Shown piece by piece: positions 16,605 to 25,221 of a stretch of 64,000 nucleotides of DNA. The position numbers and the translations under genes were made by a program. The DNA lies in NCBI GenBank assembly GCA_034423035.1, contig DAOUJF010000011.1:9238-73237 (forward strand), read 5' to 3'. The notes below the pieces were generated by a model that worked only from the letters and a program-made list of their open reading frames with translations, was not told where the DNA came from and ran no database searches. The stretch's first letter is position 1. Each line of letters begins with the position of its first letter. Source of the DNA: Dehalococcoidia bacterium (GTDB taxonomy: Bacteria; Chloroflexota; Dehalococcoidia; Lucifugimonadales; VXLM01).

Positions 16605-16997
16605 TTATTTGGTTAGGCCCGGCCTATCGACTGTGCCCACTAACTCTTCGACTGCCTCAACATAGCGTTCTATTTCTATCGCCACGTCTCGGTCTTCAAA
16701 ATCAGGTGCCTCTACGTCTCCGTAGGCGACCGCCTTTCTACTATCGTTGAGGTCGTTTAGCAGGTCATAGATGTCAGGAAGCCCATGCTGCGTATGTAAT
16801 TTGTACGCAACGTTCGCCTTTTCCCAATGCTGTTTCGTCACCTTTAATTTAACATGGAGGGCCGCAGCCTCGACGGCCGCTTCGAGGCAATAGAGCCCAT
16901 AGATCGAAAGGTCGTCGAGATCCGAGGGGTCTGACAGGGTCTTGGCCAGGTGACGTCGAGCAAGTACGAGTTTTTCTTGTACGGTTGGCATTTTCAC
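16605..16997 (-). CDS. HEPN domain protein (putative toxin or partner)
   Basis: 130-aa helical protein with LARRHL...YCLEAAVEA...H...LNDSRKAVAYGD pattern, paired with the MNT gene. Confidence 0.6.
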   Translation of the reverse strand: MKMPTVQEKLVLARRHLAKTLSDPSDLDDLSIYGLYCLEAAVEAAALHVKLKVTKQHWEKANVAYKLHTQHGLPDIYDLLNDLNDSRKAVAYGDVEAPDFEDRDVAIEIERYVEAVEELVGTVDRPGLTK

Positions 16998-17136
16998 TTT
17001 GATTGGGACAACAACCGGCTCGTGTCTTAGGTGTTGACAGCCCCTTGAACGTGATTATAGCAAACGTCTGCCCGTAGAAATTACCCTCAAAGACTCGCTC
17101 TGTGAAGATAAGGGCACCCGACATTGGCGAGAATTT

Positions 17137-17904
17137 TCACTCCGCCAAGAACCCCCCGTCGATCACCAGCTCCGCACCTGTGATGAACGACGATTCGTCC
17201 GAGGCGAGGAACAGGATGCCGTTGGCTATCTCGTCGACGGTTCCGAGCCGGCTCATGGGCACCATCGCAAGGCGGGGGCCGATGATCTCCGGCACGTTGA
17301 ATATATCCTTGGTTAGCGGCGTCATCACGAAGCCGGGGTGGACAGAGTTCACCCGAATGCCCTCTGCCGCGTACTGGATCGCGGCCGCCTTCGTGAAGTT
17401 GCGCATGGCGCCCTTCGCCGTCGGGTACGAGGACGACGCGGAGCCTACGATCCCGTACATCGAGGACACGATCACAATCGAACCGCCACCGGCCTCGCGC
17501 ATACGCGGAATAGCGTGCTTGGCTCCGAGGAAGGCTCCCCTTGCATGGACGGCCATCTCCAGGTCAAATGCCTCGACAGGCGTCTCTTCGACCTTGTAGC
17601 GGATGGAGGTGCCTGCAGCGTCCACCAACACGTCGAGCTTGCCGAAGCGGTCGACGGCTGCCGCGACGGCGGCTATCCACTCGTCCTCGACCGTCACGTC
17701 GAGGTGGACGTAGTGCGCCTCTCCACCCTCGGCTCGTACCTCCTCCGCCGTCTGCTCGCCGATGTCGTCCTTGATGTCCGCGATTACGACCTGTGCGCCC
17801 TCGCGCGCGAATCTCCGTACGGCAGCGCCCCCGATGCCCATGAGTTGTCCCTCGATGCCTGAAGCGCCGCCCGCGATGAGGGCGGTCTTGCCTTCTAGTC
17901 GCAT
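17137..17904 (-). CDS. Short-chain dehydrogenase/reductase (SDR)
   Basis: Gly-rich motif with insertion, DVT, YPTAK (YxxxK), GIRVNSVHPG and GAELVIDGG. Confidence 0.92.
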   Translation of the reverse strand: MRLEGKTALIAGGASGIEGQLMGIGGAAVRRFAREGAQVVIADIKDDIGEQTAEEVRAEGGEAHYVHLDVTVEDEWIAAVAAAVDRFGKLDVLVDAAGTSIRYKVEETPVEAFDLEMAVHARGAFLGAKHAIPRMREAGGGSIVIVSSMYGIVGSASSSYPTAKGAMRNFTKAAAIQYAAEGIRVNSVHPGFVMTPLTKDIFNVPEIIGPRLAMVPMSRLGTVDEIANGILFLASDESSFITGAELVIDGGFLAE

Positions 17905-17913
17905 GGGGACCTC

Positions 17914-18111
17914 CTACGCCGTACGTTCGCCGCTGAGCCGGGCCTTCATTCGCTTTTCCAGCATGGAGCGCGCCATCATCAGATCTCGCGAACAGGTCAC
18001 GCACCGGATCCCGATGTCGGCCCCGATTCGCGTGACCTCCCACTCGAATCCGCCGCACGGGTGCTTCTTCCGGAGGGTTAGACGCTCTCGGACCCTGAAG
18101 TCTACGACCAT
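17914..18111 (-). CDS. DUF951 family small Zn-ribbon protein
   Basis: MVVDFRVRERLTLRKKHPCGGFEWEVTRIGADIGIRCVTC. Start overlaps the end of pyrF. Confidence 0.85.
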   Translation of the reverse strand: MVVDFRVRERLTLRKKHPCGGFEWEVTRIGADIGIRCVTCSRDLMMARSMLEKRMKARLSGERTA

Positions 18112-18941
18112 GAGTATCCCTTGTATTCGAGGACGGTGTTGATCTCGTCCCGCAGGGACTCTGCGGCGTTCCGGGCGGCATCGGCATAGCGTTGGGGATC
18201 GGAAGATGCGTACAACACCCCCCTGGAACTGCTGACCAGCAAATTCCGCCCCGCACGGTCCACGCCCGCCTCGACCGAGGCCCACAGCGAACCCGCCTGC
18301 GCCCCGACGCCGGGCAGCAGGATCGGCGCATCAGGCGCGATGGCGCGTACTTCCAGAAGCTCCTTCGGGTACGTCGCCCCTACGACGAGCCCGACTGTGC
18401 CGCGAGCGTCCCAACCGGAAGCTCGTCGCGCCACTGCCTGGTAGTAGGGCATGGTGTCGCCGTCCAGCTGGACCGGCAGGTCCTGCAGTTCCGCCGCCCC
18501 CTCGTTCGACGACCGGCACCACACGAAGATGGCCTTGTCTTCGTACTGGAGGAATGGCGCCAAGTCAACTCCACCCGCGTACGCGTTGATGGTCGCTGCG
18601 TCCGCGCCCCACGTCTCGAAGAGCGCCCTCGCGTACGCTGCGTTCGTCGAGCCGATGTCTCCCCGTTTTCCGTCCAGCAGGACAATCACCGACGGCGCAA
18701 CGTCGCGGATATGCGCGATCGTGCGCTCTAGCTCCGTGATACCCTCACTGCCGCGCGCCTCATAGAACGCCACATTCGGCTTGTAGGCGCATACAAGGTC
18801 GCGCGTGGCGTCCACGATGGCCGAGTTGAAGGCCACAACGTCACTAAGCGGCATCCTGGCAGGATCGACGTCAAGGCCGACGCAGAGGAGGCTGCGGTTG
18901 GTCTCGGATACGAAAGAAAGACGGTCACGGAAGGTCGGCAT
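18102..18941 (-). CDS. pyrF: Orotidine-5'-phosphate decarboxylase (subfamily 2)
   Basis: LCVGLD, YKPN, DGKRGDIGST (DxKxxD), GLVVGAT, PGVGAQ and SSRGVLY. Confidence 0.96.
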   Translation of the reverse strand: MPTFRDRLSFVSETNRSLLCVGLDVDPARMPLSDVVAFNSAIVDATRDLVCAYKPNVAFYEARGSEGITELERTIAHIRDVAPSVIVLLDGKRGDIGSTNAAYARALFETWGADAATINAYAGGVDLAPFLQYEDKAIFVWCRSSNEGAAELQDLPVQLDGDTMPYYQAVARRASGWDARGTVGLVVGATYPKELLEVRAIAPDAPILLPGVGAQAGSLWASVEAGVDRAGRNLLVSSSRGVLYASSDPQRYADAARNAAESLRDEINTVLEYKGYSWS

Positions 18942-18975
18942 GGGAATCCTGTTGTACCGCTCCCGCTCTCTTGCT

Positions 18976-19326
18976 TTAGGCGTAGCTCAACACCTGTTCG
19001 ACGAATTCATGTACCAGCGGACGAGCGAATGTAACGTCATCGTCCTCCATAAAGCCGTGGTAGAAGTTGGCATGGAATTGCTGTGCCGCCGCGAACCCGC
19101 CACGCAATTCCGGGGCGTCGTGCTCGGCAATCAGCTTGCTGACCGCAATCTTCAGCGCATTGTGATTCCCGTATTCCCACCCCCGCTCTTGGGCTACCGT
19201 CATTACGGCATGGGCCGCAGCTCCCCACAATTTCTCAGAGCCTTGCAGAATGTGCCCGGAGCTAAACTGATGGTCGGCATCGACGAGAAAGTCCCGCGCT
19301 GTTTGAGTGTGCTCTTGAACCTGCAT
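18976..19326 (-). CDS. PaREP1-like (HEPN superfamily) protein
   Basis: Motifs QGSEKLWGAAAHAV and AQQFHANFYHG. Stand-alone gene. Confidence 0.75.
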   Translation of the reverse strand: MQVQEHTQTARDFLVDADHQFSSGHILQGSEKLWGAAAHAVMTVAQERGWEYGNHNALKIAVSKLIAEHDAPELRGGFAAAQQFHANFYHGFMEDDDVTFARPLVHEFVEQVLSYA

Positions 19327-19515
19327 AGCCGTCTTGCTACCTTCGTAGATGGCTCAAGGTAACTCACACAACCGAATCCCTGAGCGTCTACCGTCTAGTT
19401 AGATCATATATGATACCCAGAGTGGCCTCAAGGTGAAGAGGGGGTTAGCCCATCCGTCCCCTACACGATCATCAGCCTTGCAAAAGTTCCTCAAGTCCTA
19501 TCGCCCCCAATCCCC

Positions 19516-20172
19516 ATGCAAGACCGCCTGATCGATATCTACACCCGGCTCACGAAGCACTACGGCCCCCGCGATTGGTGGCCTGCGGATTCCAGGTTTG
19601 AGGTCATGGTCGGCGCGGTCCTTGTGCAGAACACCGCGTGGAGCAACGCCGAGAAGGGCATCCGAGCCCTTTCGGAGGCGGGACTGCTGTCGGCCGAGGC
19701 GCTGCGAAACGCAGAGCAAGCCGACATCGCCCAGCTCATCTACTCGTCCGGGTACTACAATATGAAGGCGCGGAAGCTCAAGGCACTCGTCGAGTGGTTA
19801 GGTGAGCGCGACGACGACATCGAAGCCCTCATGGCCGAAGACCCGGTCTCATTGCGCGAGGAGCTATTGAGCATCCACGGCATCGGCGATGAGACGGCCG
19901 ACGATATCCTGCTCTACGCCCTCGACATGCCAGTGTTTGTCGTTGACCACTACACCAGGCGACTCTTCTTCCGGCTCGGCCTCGCCCCCGAGAAGGGGCC
20001 ATACACTCTCTTTCAGCAACTCTTCATGGAGAGCCTCCCGGCGGACGTATCTCTCTTCAACGAGTACCACGCCCTGATCGTCACGCACAGCGCGAACGTG
20101 TGCAAGAAGGAGCCGGACTGCGCCGAATGCTGTCTGCTGGAGATCTGTCCGACGGGAAAGGCGCGGGTATAG
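19516..20172 (+). CDS. Endonuclease III-like HhH-GPD DNA glycosylase with [4Fe-4S] cluster
   Basis: GAVLVQNTAWSN, HhH motif LLSIHGIGDETAD, VVD, and C-x6-C-x2-C-x5-C (CKKEPDCAECCLLEIC). Confidence 0.9.
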   Translation: MQDRLIDIYTRLTKHYGPRDWWPADSRFEVMVGAVLVQNTAWSNAEKGIRALSEAGLLSAEALRNAEQADIAQLIYSSGYYNMKARKLKALVEWLGERDDDIEALMAEDPVSLREELLSIHGIGDETADDILLYALDMPVFVVDHYTRRLFFRLGLAPEKGPYTLFQQLFMESLPADVSLFNEYHALIVTHSANVCKKEPDCAECCLLEICPTGKARV

Positions 20173-20232
20173 AGGACATTCTATTGGTCTCCCTTGCACC
20201 CTCGTCTCAAGTACCAGGGTGGCGAGTCCTTT

Positions 20233-20260
20233 CATGGTTCGACAGGCTCACCACGAACGG
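20233..20260. repeat. REP-like element (TGGTTCGACAGGCTCACCACGAACG family)
   Basis: Near-identical copies at 44367-44394 and 32447-32470. Confidence 0.7.
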
Positions 20261-20385
20261 ACTCGGTTGCCATATCGAACACCGGTTGCGCTCTCTGTGC
20301 CTCAGGAGCGCCCCCCTACCTTCATCTGACGAATGCGCTATGATGAGGCATCCTCGCCGACTTCCAGCCAGGGAGGCCCTCAAAA

Positions 20386-21510
20386 ATGACAACCACTGCC
20401 AAGTACAAAGTCGGGATCGTCGGATGCGGGCGCCAGGGTACGCAGCACGGGCGTGGTTTCAACCTGCTCCCCGACACTCAGGTCGTCGCAATTGCTGATC
20501 CTGACCCCGACAACCTCGAACTCGCCATGCGGCGCTTCTCAGCCCGCGGCTACGACACCGCCGAGGAGATGTACGCCAACGAGCAGCTCGACATCGTCGA
20601 CTGCGTCCTCCCTGTGCAGTACAACCCCGACATGGTCGTCCTCGCGGCGGAAACGTCCGGCGCTAAGGGAATCGTGTCAGAGAAGCCGATTGCCGCGAGT
20701 CTGGCCGACGCCGACCGCATGGTCGCCGCGTGTGAGGCTAACGGCATCCCGTGGCAGGGCGGCAACGTCGACCGCAGCATCTCCCAGCTATGGGAAGCCC
20801 GCGCCATGATCGAGGCGGGCGAGATCGACGAGGTGCTGAACATCAACCTCTATGAGTCGATAATGCAGGGCGGATGCCAGGGCCTCAGCGTCGCCCACAT
20901 GTTCGCCCAGGACGCGGACATTGACTGGGTCACGGGATGGACCAATGGCGACCCCTTCGGTGGGAGCGACGACGAGTACCTCGGCATCGGCGGCTACGTC
21001 CGGTACGCGAACGGCATCGAGTGCTTCATTCACGCCAAGACCGGGGCCATGCGGGGACTGATTGTCACGGGAACCGAGGGCGTCTACGTGACCGACAAGC
21101 GCCTCCACCGCTTCTACCACAAGACCGACGCCTCCGACGCAGACCTCCTCTCCGGCCTGCAATACGACGACTCCAAGACCTTCAAGCCGTTTCGTCCTCA
21201 CGCCGAAGGTGGCTACGACGAGGAAGGCTGGCTCTACCCCGGCGACCGCCTCGTGAACTCCATGCAGTCCATCGTCGACGCCATCACCCTCGGCATCGAG
21301 CCGAAAGCACCGGGACAGGTCCACCACAAGTCGTTCGAGGCCACTGTCGCCATGAGGGAGTCGGCGCGCCAGGGCCATGCGCCGGTCAAACTGCCGCTGG
21401 AAGACCGCAGCCTGACGCTCAAGCCTCAGATATGGCGATGGGTGAACAAGAAAGGGCTATTCGGAGAAGAGGAATACGCCCAGCAAATCGGCCGCGCAAC
21501 CAACTACTAG
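20386..21510 (+). CDS. Gfo/Idh/MocA family oxidoreductase (paralog of 13670-14761)
   Basis: IVGCGRQG and EKPI. Shares the C-terminal LPLEDRS.TL.P..W motif with 13670-14761. Confidence 0.9.
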   Translation: MTTTAKYKVGIVGCGRQGTQHGRGFNLLPDTQVVAIADPDPDNLELAMRRFSARGYDTAEEMYANEQLDIVDCVLPVQYNPDMVVLAAETSGAKGIVSEKPIAASLADADRMVAACEANGIPWQGGNVDRSISQLWEARAMIEAGEIDEVLNINLYESIMQGGCQGLSVAHMFAQDADIDWVTGWTNGDPFGGSDDEYLGIGGYVRYANGIECFIHAKTGAMRGLIVTGTEGVYVTDKRLHRFYHKTDASDADLLSGLQYDDSKTFKPFRPHAEGGYDEEGWLYPGDRLVNSMQSIVDAITLGIEPKAPGQVHHKSFEATVAMRESARQGHAPVKLPLEDRSLTLKPQIWRWVNKKGLFGEEEYAQQIGRATNY

Positions 21511-21577
21511 GAAGTAGTGGCGCAATAGTGCATTTCAAGGCCGCCGATGCTAAGGAAGCCCCTGAGGAGCGACCAAA

Positions 21578-22810
21578 ATGAAAATCACCGACATCGAAGT
21601 CTTCACCATCCTCCCACCGCTGGCGAAGCGGTATCGTGACAATCCAGCCCGCAATGGTCACGAGCGTCGGGTTGCTGCAAAGGTGACCACCGATGCCGGG
21701 ATCGTGGGCTATGGTGACTTCGACGGCGAGGCGCCGCCTCCCATCGAGGCGTTCGAGCCTCTCATCGACACCGACCCGTTCGACTACATTGGCTCCAACC
21801 TGTATCCCTCCGTCGTCATGGCGATGTACGACATCATGGGCAAGTACCTCGAGGTGCCCGCGTACAAGCTCATCGGCCAGAAGGTGCGCGACAGCATCTC
21901 CTCCGCGGCATGGTGCTGGGGCGGCCCGACCGACGATGAACTCGCCGACGACATCGCACGGGCGGCCAACGACGGCTACACCATCTTCAAGATACACACC
22001 AGTCCGCTGGGGGACATCATCAGGTGGACCAAGATCATCGAGGAGGTTGCGCCACCGGGCTTCAGGATCCACTACGACTTCACCGGACGCCGTGGGCGCT
22101 CCCTGGGAGGCGTCCTGCCCATCGTCGCCCAGCTTGAGCGCGATCACCCGATAGTGCATTGGATCGAGGACCCGTTCGACACCGCCGATATCGAGAGCTG
22201 GCGCGAGCTTCGAAGACGAACTCAGCTCATCGTCGTGCACGGCGGGTCGTGGAAGCTCGGCGGAGGGCACGAGGCCCAGCTTGGCATGGCGGACGCGTAC
22301 ATGATGTACCCGCCCATCGGCCAGCTGATCGCCACTGCCACCACGTACAGCAAGCTCAATCTCCAGACAATCTTCCAGATGTGCGGCGGAACGCTGGCCA
22401 AGTCCATGGCGATGCACGTAGCCTGCACGATGCCGACAGCAACCGGCCACTCCATCCACCTCGACGACCAGCTCGACGCCGAGGACGACATCACCCGGAA
22501 GCGTTTCCCCGTCCACGAGGGCTTTTCGCGCGTCTCTGAGGAACCCGGCCTCGGTTTCGATGTCGACGAGGAACTCCTGTACAAGTATCGCGACAACGTG
22601 CCCAACGAGATTGCGCCCTACGTTGGCGTCGTCCGATTCAGCAGCGGCCGCACCATCTACTCCCTCGGCCAGCCCCACCTTCCCAAGATCATGGGCCAGG
22701 AGGAGGGCACCTTCCGCAACTACACCTACGAGCGCTGGTTCGACGACGGCTCGGAGGAGTGGGCGACGGCCTACGAGCGGACTGGCAACGAAGAGTGGTA
22801 CGTGGAGTAA
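21578..22810 (+). CDS. Mandelate racemase/muconate lactonizing enzyme family protein (atypical)
   Basis: MKITDIEVF start, AMYDIMGKYLEVPAYKLIG capping motif, KIH, HYDF, WIEDP and EEPGLGFDVDE. Confidence 0.85.
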   Translation: MKITDIEVFTILPPLAKRYRDNPARNGHERRVAAKVTTDAGIVGYGDFDGEAPPPIEAFEPLIDTDPFDYIGSNLYPSVVMAMYDIMGKYLEVPAYKLIGQKVRDSISSAAWCWGGPTDDELADDIARAANDGYTIFKIHTSPLGDIIRWTKIIEEVAPPGFRIHYDFTGRRGRSLGGVLPIVAQLERDHPIVHWIEDPFDTADIESWRELRRRTQLIVVHGGSWKLGGGHEAQLGMADAYMMYPPIGQLIATATTYSKLNLQTIFQMCGGTLAKSMAMHVACTMPTATGHSIHLDDQLDAEDDITRKRFPVHEGFSRVSEEPGLGFDVDEELLYKYRDNVPNEIAPYVGVVRFSSGRTIYSLGQPHLPKIMGQEEGTFRNYTYERWFDDGSEEWATAYERTGNEEWYVE

Positions 22811-22829
22811 ATCGGCAACGATCCCTAAA

Positions 22830-23975
22830 ATGATTGTAGAAGAGACTCCTCACAACCAAAGAGTTGAGGGCGAGGTGGCCTACCCCTATGCCTACTTCCT
22901 TGAAGCAGATTCCCTCATCCACATCAGCAGTGCGCCTCGTGAAAGAGGCCACCAATACTCATGTGTGGGCTGTGGACAACGAATGTCAGCGGTCGTGCAG
23001 GTAACGTGCAAGGCTCCGTACTTCAGACACATCGGTTCTCCCTGTGACCCGGACAAAGCACTGCACACCGCAGCGATCAAGTTGATTGAGCAGAAACATG
23101 GTGAAGCCGTATCTGCCAATGACCAGTACATGCTCCAACGTCATTGTAAGCGCTCCGACACGGAGATTGACCTCGCCGATGGGTGGACGTGCAGCACCGA
23201 ACAGTCAATTACGCCACATACCCGGTCAGACGTTGTCTTCACTCGTGAGGATGGGAATCGGATTGTGGTTGAGGTAGTAGTTGGGCACGAGATGAAACCT
23301 GAAACCGAAGAAGCCTACAGAAGTGCCGGCATTCCGGTAGCCGTCCTTCGGCCCCAATGGAAAACCCTTGAACGTCTTGAGGATGGGCTTCGGATTTATG
23401 ATTCCTTGAACTTCTGCGAAAGTTGCGACGAGGCCAAGAAAGAAAAAGAACATGCGGCTACCTATCAACGACGGCAGGGCATAGTCGATACTGCTCTGTG
23501 TGAAATGGAAGAATACCGGGAGAGAAGAAGATACCGGCGTAGTGAGCCAATAATCTTTCCATGGGACCGTCCCGCCAATATGTGCGATTGCAGTTGGCCG
23601 GCTGAGCGTAAGATCCTTACCAACGGAAGAGTTTTGATCGAGTTGGGATTTACGCAGAACATCCGCAAACAGTGGTTGTTTCGATTCACAATCCACGAGG
23701 AGACGTCCGTATTCCTCTACGCGAATCTTGGCTACGCGAATCTTGGCTATATTGCAGGGAGAATAGAGCCGTATAATTGCCTTTGCCCTGTCGAGACGGC
23801 GGCTATGCTCTATCCAACATTGTCGTTGTACGATGAGCAGGTTGCCGACGAATGCTATACGAGTCCATCTATCGCAGACTATCTTGTTGAGCAGGCAAGC
23901 CGGATGCTTCAGGAGTTTGGGGTTGGTGTTCGTACAGACTTTATGGATATAGCGGATATGCTGGAGTGTTGGTAA
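22830..23975 (+). CDS. CoiA-like protein (Zn finger plus PD-(D/E)xK nuclease-like domain)
   Basis: Start moved to ATG 22830. CVGCG...PYFRH...C...LH and EQSI...RSDV...IVVEVVVGH motifs. More AT-rich than flanks. Confidence 0.6.
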   Translation: MIVEETPHNQRVEGEVAYPYAYFLEADSLIHISSAPRERGHQYSCVGCGQRMSAVVQVTCKAPYFRHIGSPCDPDKALHTAAIKLIEQKHGEAVSANDQYMLQRHCKRSDTEIDLADGWTCSTEQSITPHTRSDVVFTREDGNRIVVEVVVGHEMKPETEEAYRSAGIPVAVLRPQWKTLERLEDGLRIYDSLNFCESCDEAKKEKEHAATYQRRQGIVDTALCEMEEYRERRRYRRSEPIIFPWDRPANMCDCSWPAERKILTNGRVLIELGFTQNIRKQWLFRFTIHEETSVFLYANLGYANLGYIAGRIEPYNCLCPVETAAMLYPTLSLYDEQVADECYTSPSIADYLVEQASRMLQEFGVGVRTDFMDIADMLECW

Positions 23976-24038
23976 TGCAGCGGCCTTGTTTGGACGGCGG
24001 GTTTGGATGTGATGCCGCCGAATGCGTCCTAGCCACAC

Positions 24039-24109
24039 CTACCCCGTCGGTCTCCCGCTTCGTCTGCACCGCCTCGCGTACCTCGTCGCCGAACTCCGCC
24101 AGTTCTTCC
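24039..24109 (-). pseudogene. Orphan, frameshifted 3-prime remnant of the 25222-26472 gene
   Basis: Encodes EELAEFGDEVREAVQTKRE, against EELEEFGDAVREAVRTKRE. About 80% nt identity by my count, with a 1-nt insertion before the TAG. Confidence 0.8.
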
Positions 24110-24133
24110 CATTGTCCTCGATGGCTAGGTTAG

Positions 24134-24265
24134 ACTATCCAAAGTGAGTGTTCAGAGTTCATGGGGTGAACATCCCCCACCCCTATGGATACCCGCTTTC
24201 GCGGGTATGACGGTGGCTGTGTTGGGTGAGCGTTCTCACGAAGTCTGAACAGTTACTATCCAAAG
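24134..24265. mobile_element. MITE-like element: 11-bp direct repeats, imperfect TIRs, internal REP palindrome
   Basis: ACTATCCAAAG at 24134-24144 and 24255-24265. GTTCAGAGTTC (24150-24160) and GAAGTCTGAAC (24240-24250). REP tggatacccgctttcgcgggtatgacg at 24186-24212. Confidence 0.45.
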
Positions 24266-24310
24266 GGCAATGCCGTTCATTGCTGGGCTAAACAGCGTCT
24301 TTACGAAAAG

Positions 24311-25114
24311 CTATTCGTGGATCTCCCTGTTGCAGTGGGGACACAACCGTGGCCCTTCTCTCCGCCTGCTCATCTCCTCCATGAACCCCGATCCCAGGAT
24401 TCCGGCGGGGAGCGCGAACAGACCTATTCCCAGAATGGCAATCAATCCCGCGAAAAACCGTCCTGCCCCAGTGACGGGGGTCACATCGCCGTACCCCACG
24501 GTCGTGAGAGTGATGATGCTCCACCACATCGCTTGAGGTATGTTGGCGAACTTGTCCGGCTGCGCCTCATGTTCGGCGAAGAACATCAGCGATGAGGCCA
24601 TCAGTAGCAGAATGGAGAGGAACACAATCACCGTGATCAGTTCCGCGCGCTTGGCGTTTATCACCCCTACTGACGTCCTCAGACCGGACGAATAGCGGCT
24701 CAGTCGCGCGATTCGGGCCAGGAGACGCACCGCCCGCAGGAATCGCAGGACTCGCAGGTCGACCAGGCCCACGGGAGCCAGGAGTGCCACGTAGAACGGC
24801 AGGATCGCCAGGAGGTCGATGAATACGACGGGGGTGACGGCAAAGCGCAGTCGTCCCCACAACGGATGCCCGTATTTCTCCTCGGAGGTGCACGACCAGA
24901 TCCGCAGGACGTACTCAATCGTAAAGATGGCGACGGATACGGTGTCGAAGGTCTGGAAAAAGAATGGCGAGACCTCGTGGATCTCCTCAACTGTCTCGAC
25001 AATCAGAGCTACCACGTTCAGGCATATCAGCGTGATGATAAAGAGGTCGAACGCGCTGACACGTCCGTCCGTTCGTTCCAGGACGCTATGGACTCTGGCC
25101 TTCACTGAAACCAC
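24311..25114 (-). CDS. Voltage-gated potassium channel (ion transporter, 6TM)
   Basis: Arg-periodic S4 RVLRFLRAVRLLARIARLSR, selectivity filter TTVGYGD, C-terminal CPHC. Confidence 0.92.
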   Translation of the reverse strand: MVSVKARVHSVLERTDGRVSAFDLFIITLICLNVVALIVETVEEIHEVSPFFFQTFDTVSVAIFTIEYVLRIWSCTSEEKYGHPLWGRLRFAVTPVVFIDLLAILPFYVALLAPVGLVDLRVLRFLRAVRLLARIARLSRYSSGLRTSVGVINAKRAELITVIVFLSILLLMASSLMFFAEHEAQPDKFANIPQAMWWSIITLTTVGYGDVTPVTGAGRFFAGLIAILGIGLFALPAGILGSGFMEEMSRRREGPRLCPHCNREIHE

Positions 25115-25221
25115 CGATCGCGTTTGCTCAAGCTAATGGGCCGCTATAACAGTGTTGATTGGCATCGGGAACCCCCCCACGCGTGACGGCATGAAGTGCC
25201 TGGGAGTCGCCACTGCGAAGG

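Noticed and set aside
22560-22829. N-terminal extension of the 22560-23975 ORF
   Set aside because: It overlaps the enolase-family gene in another frame. Plausible coding starts at ATG 22830.
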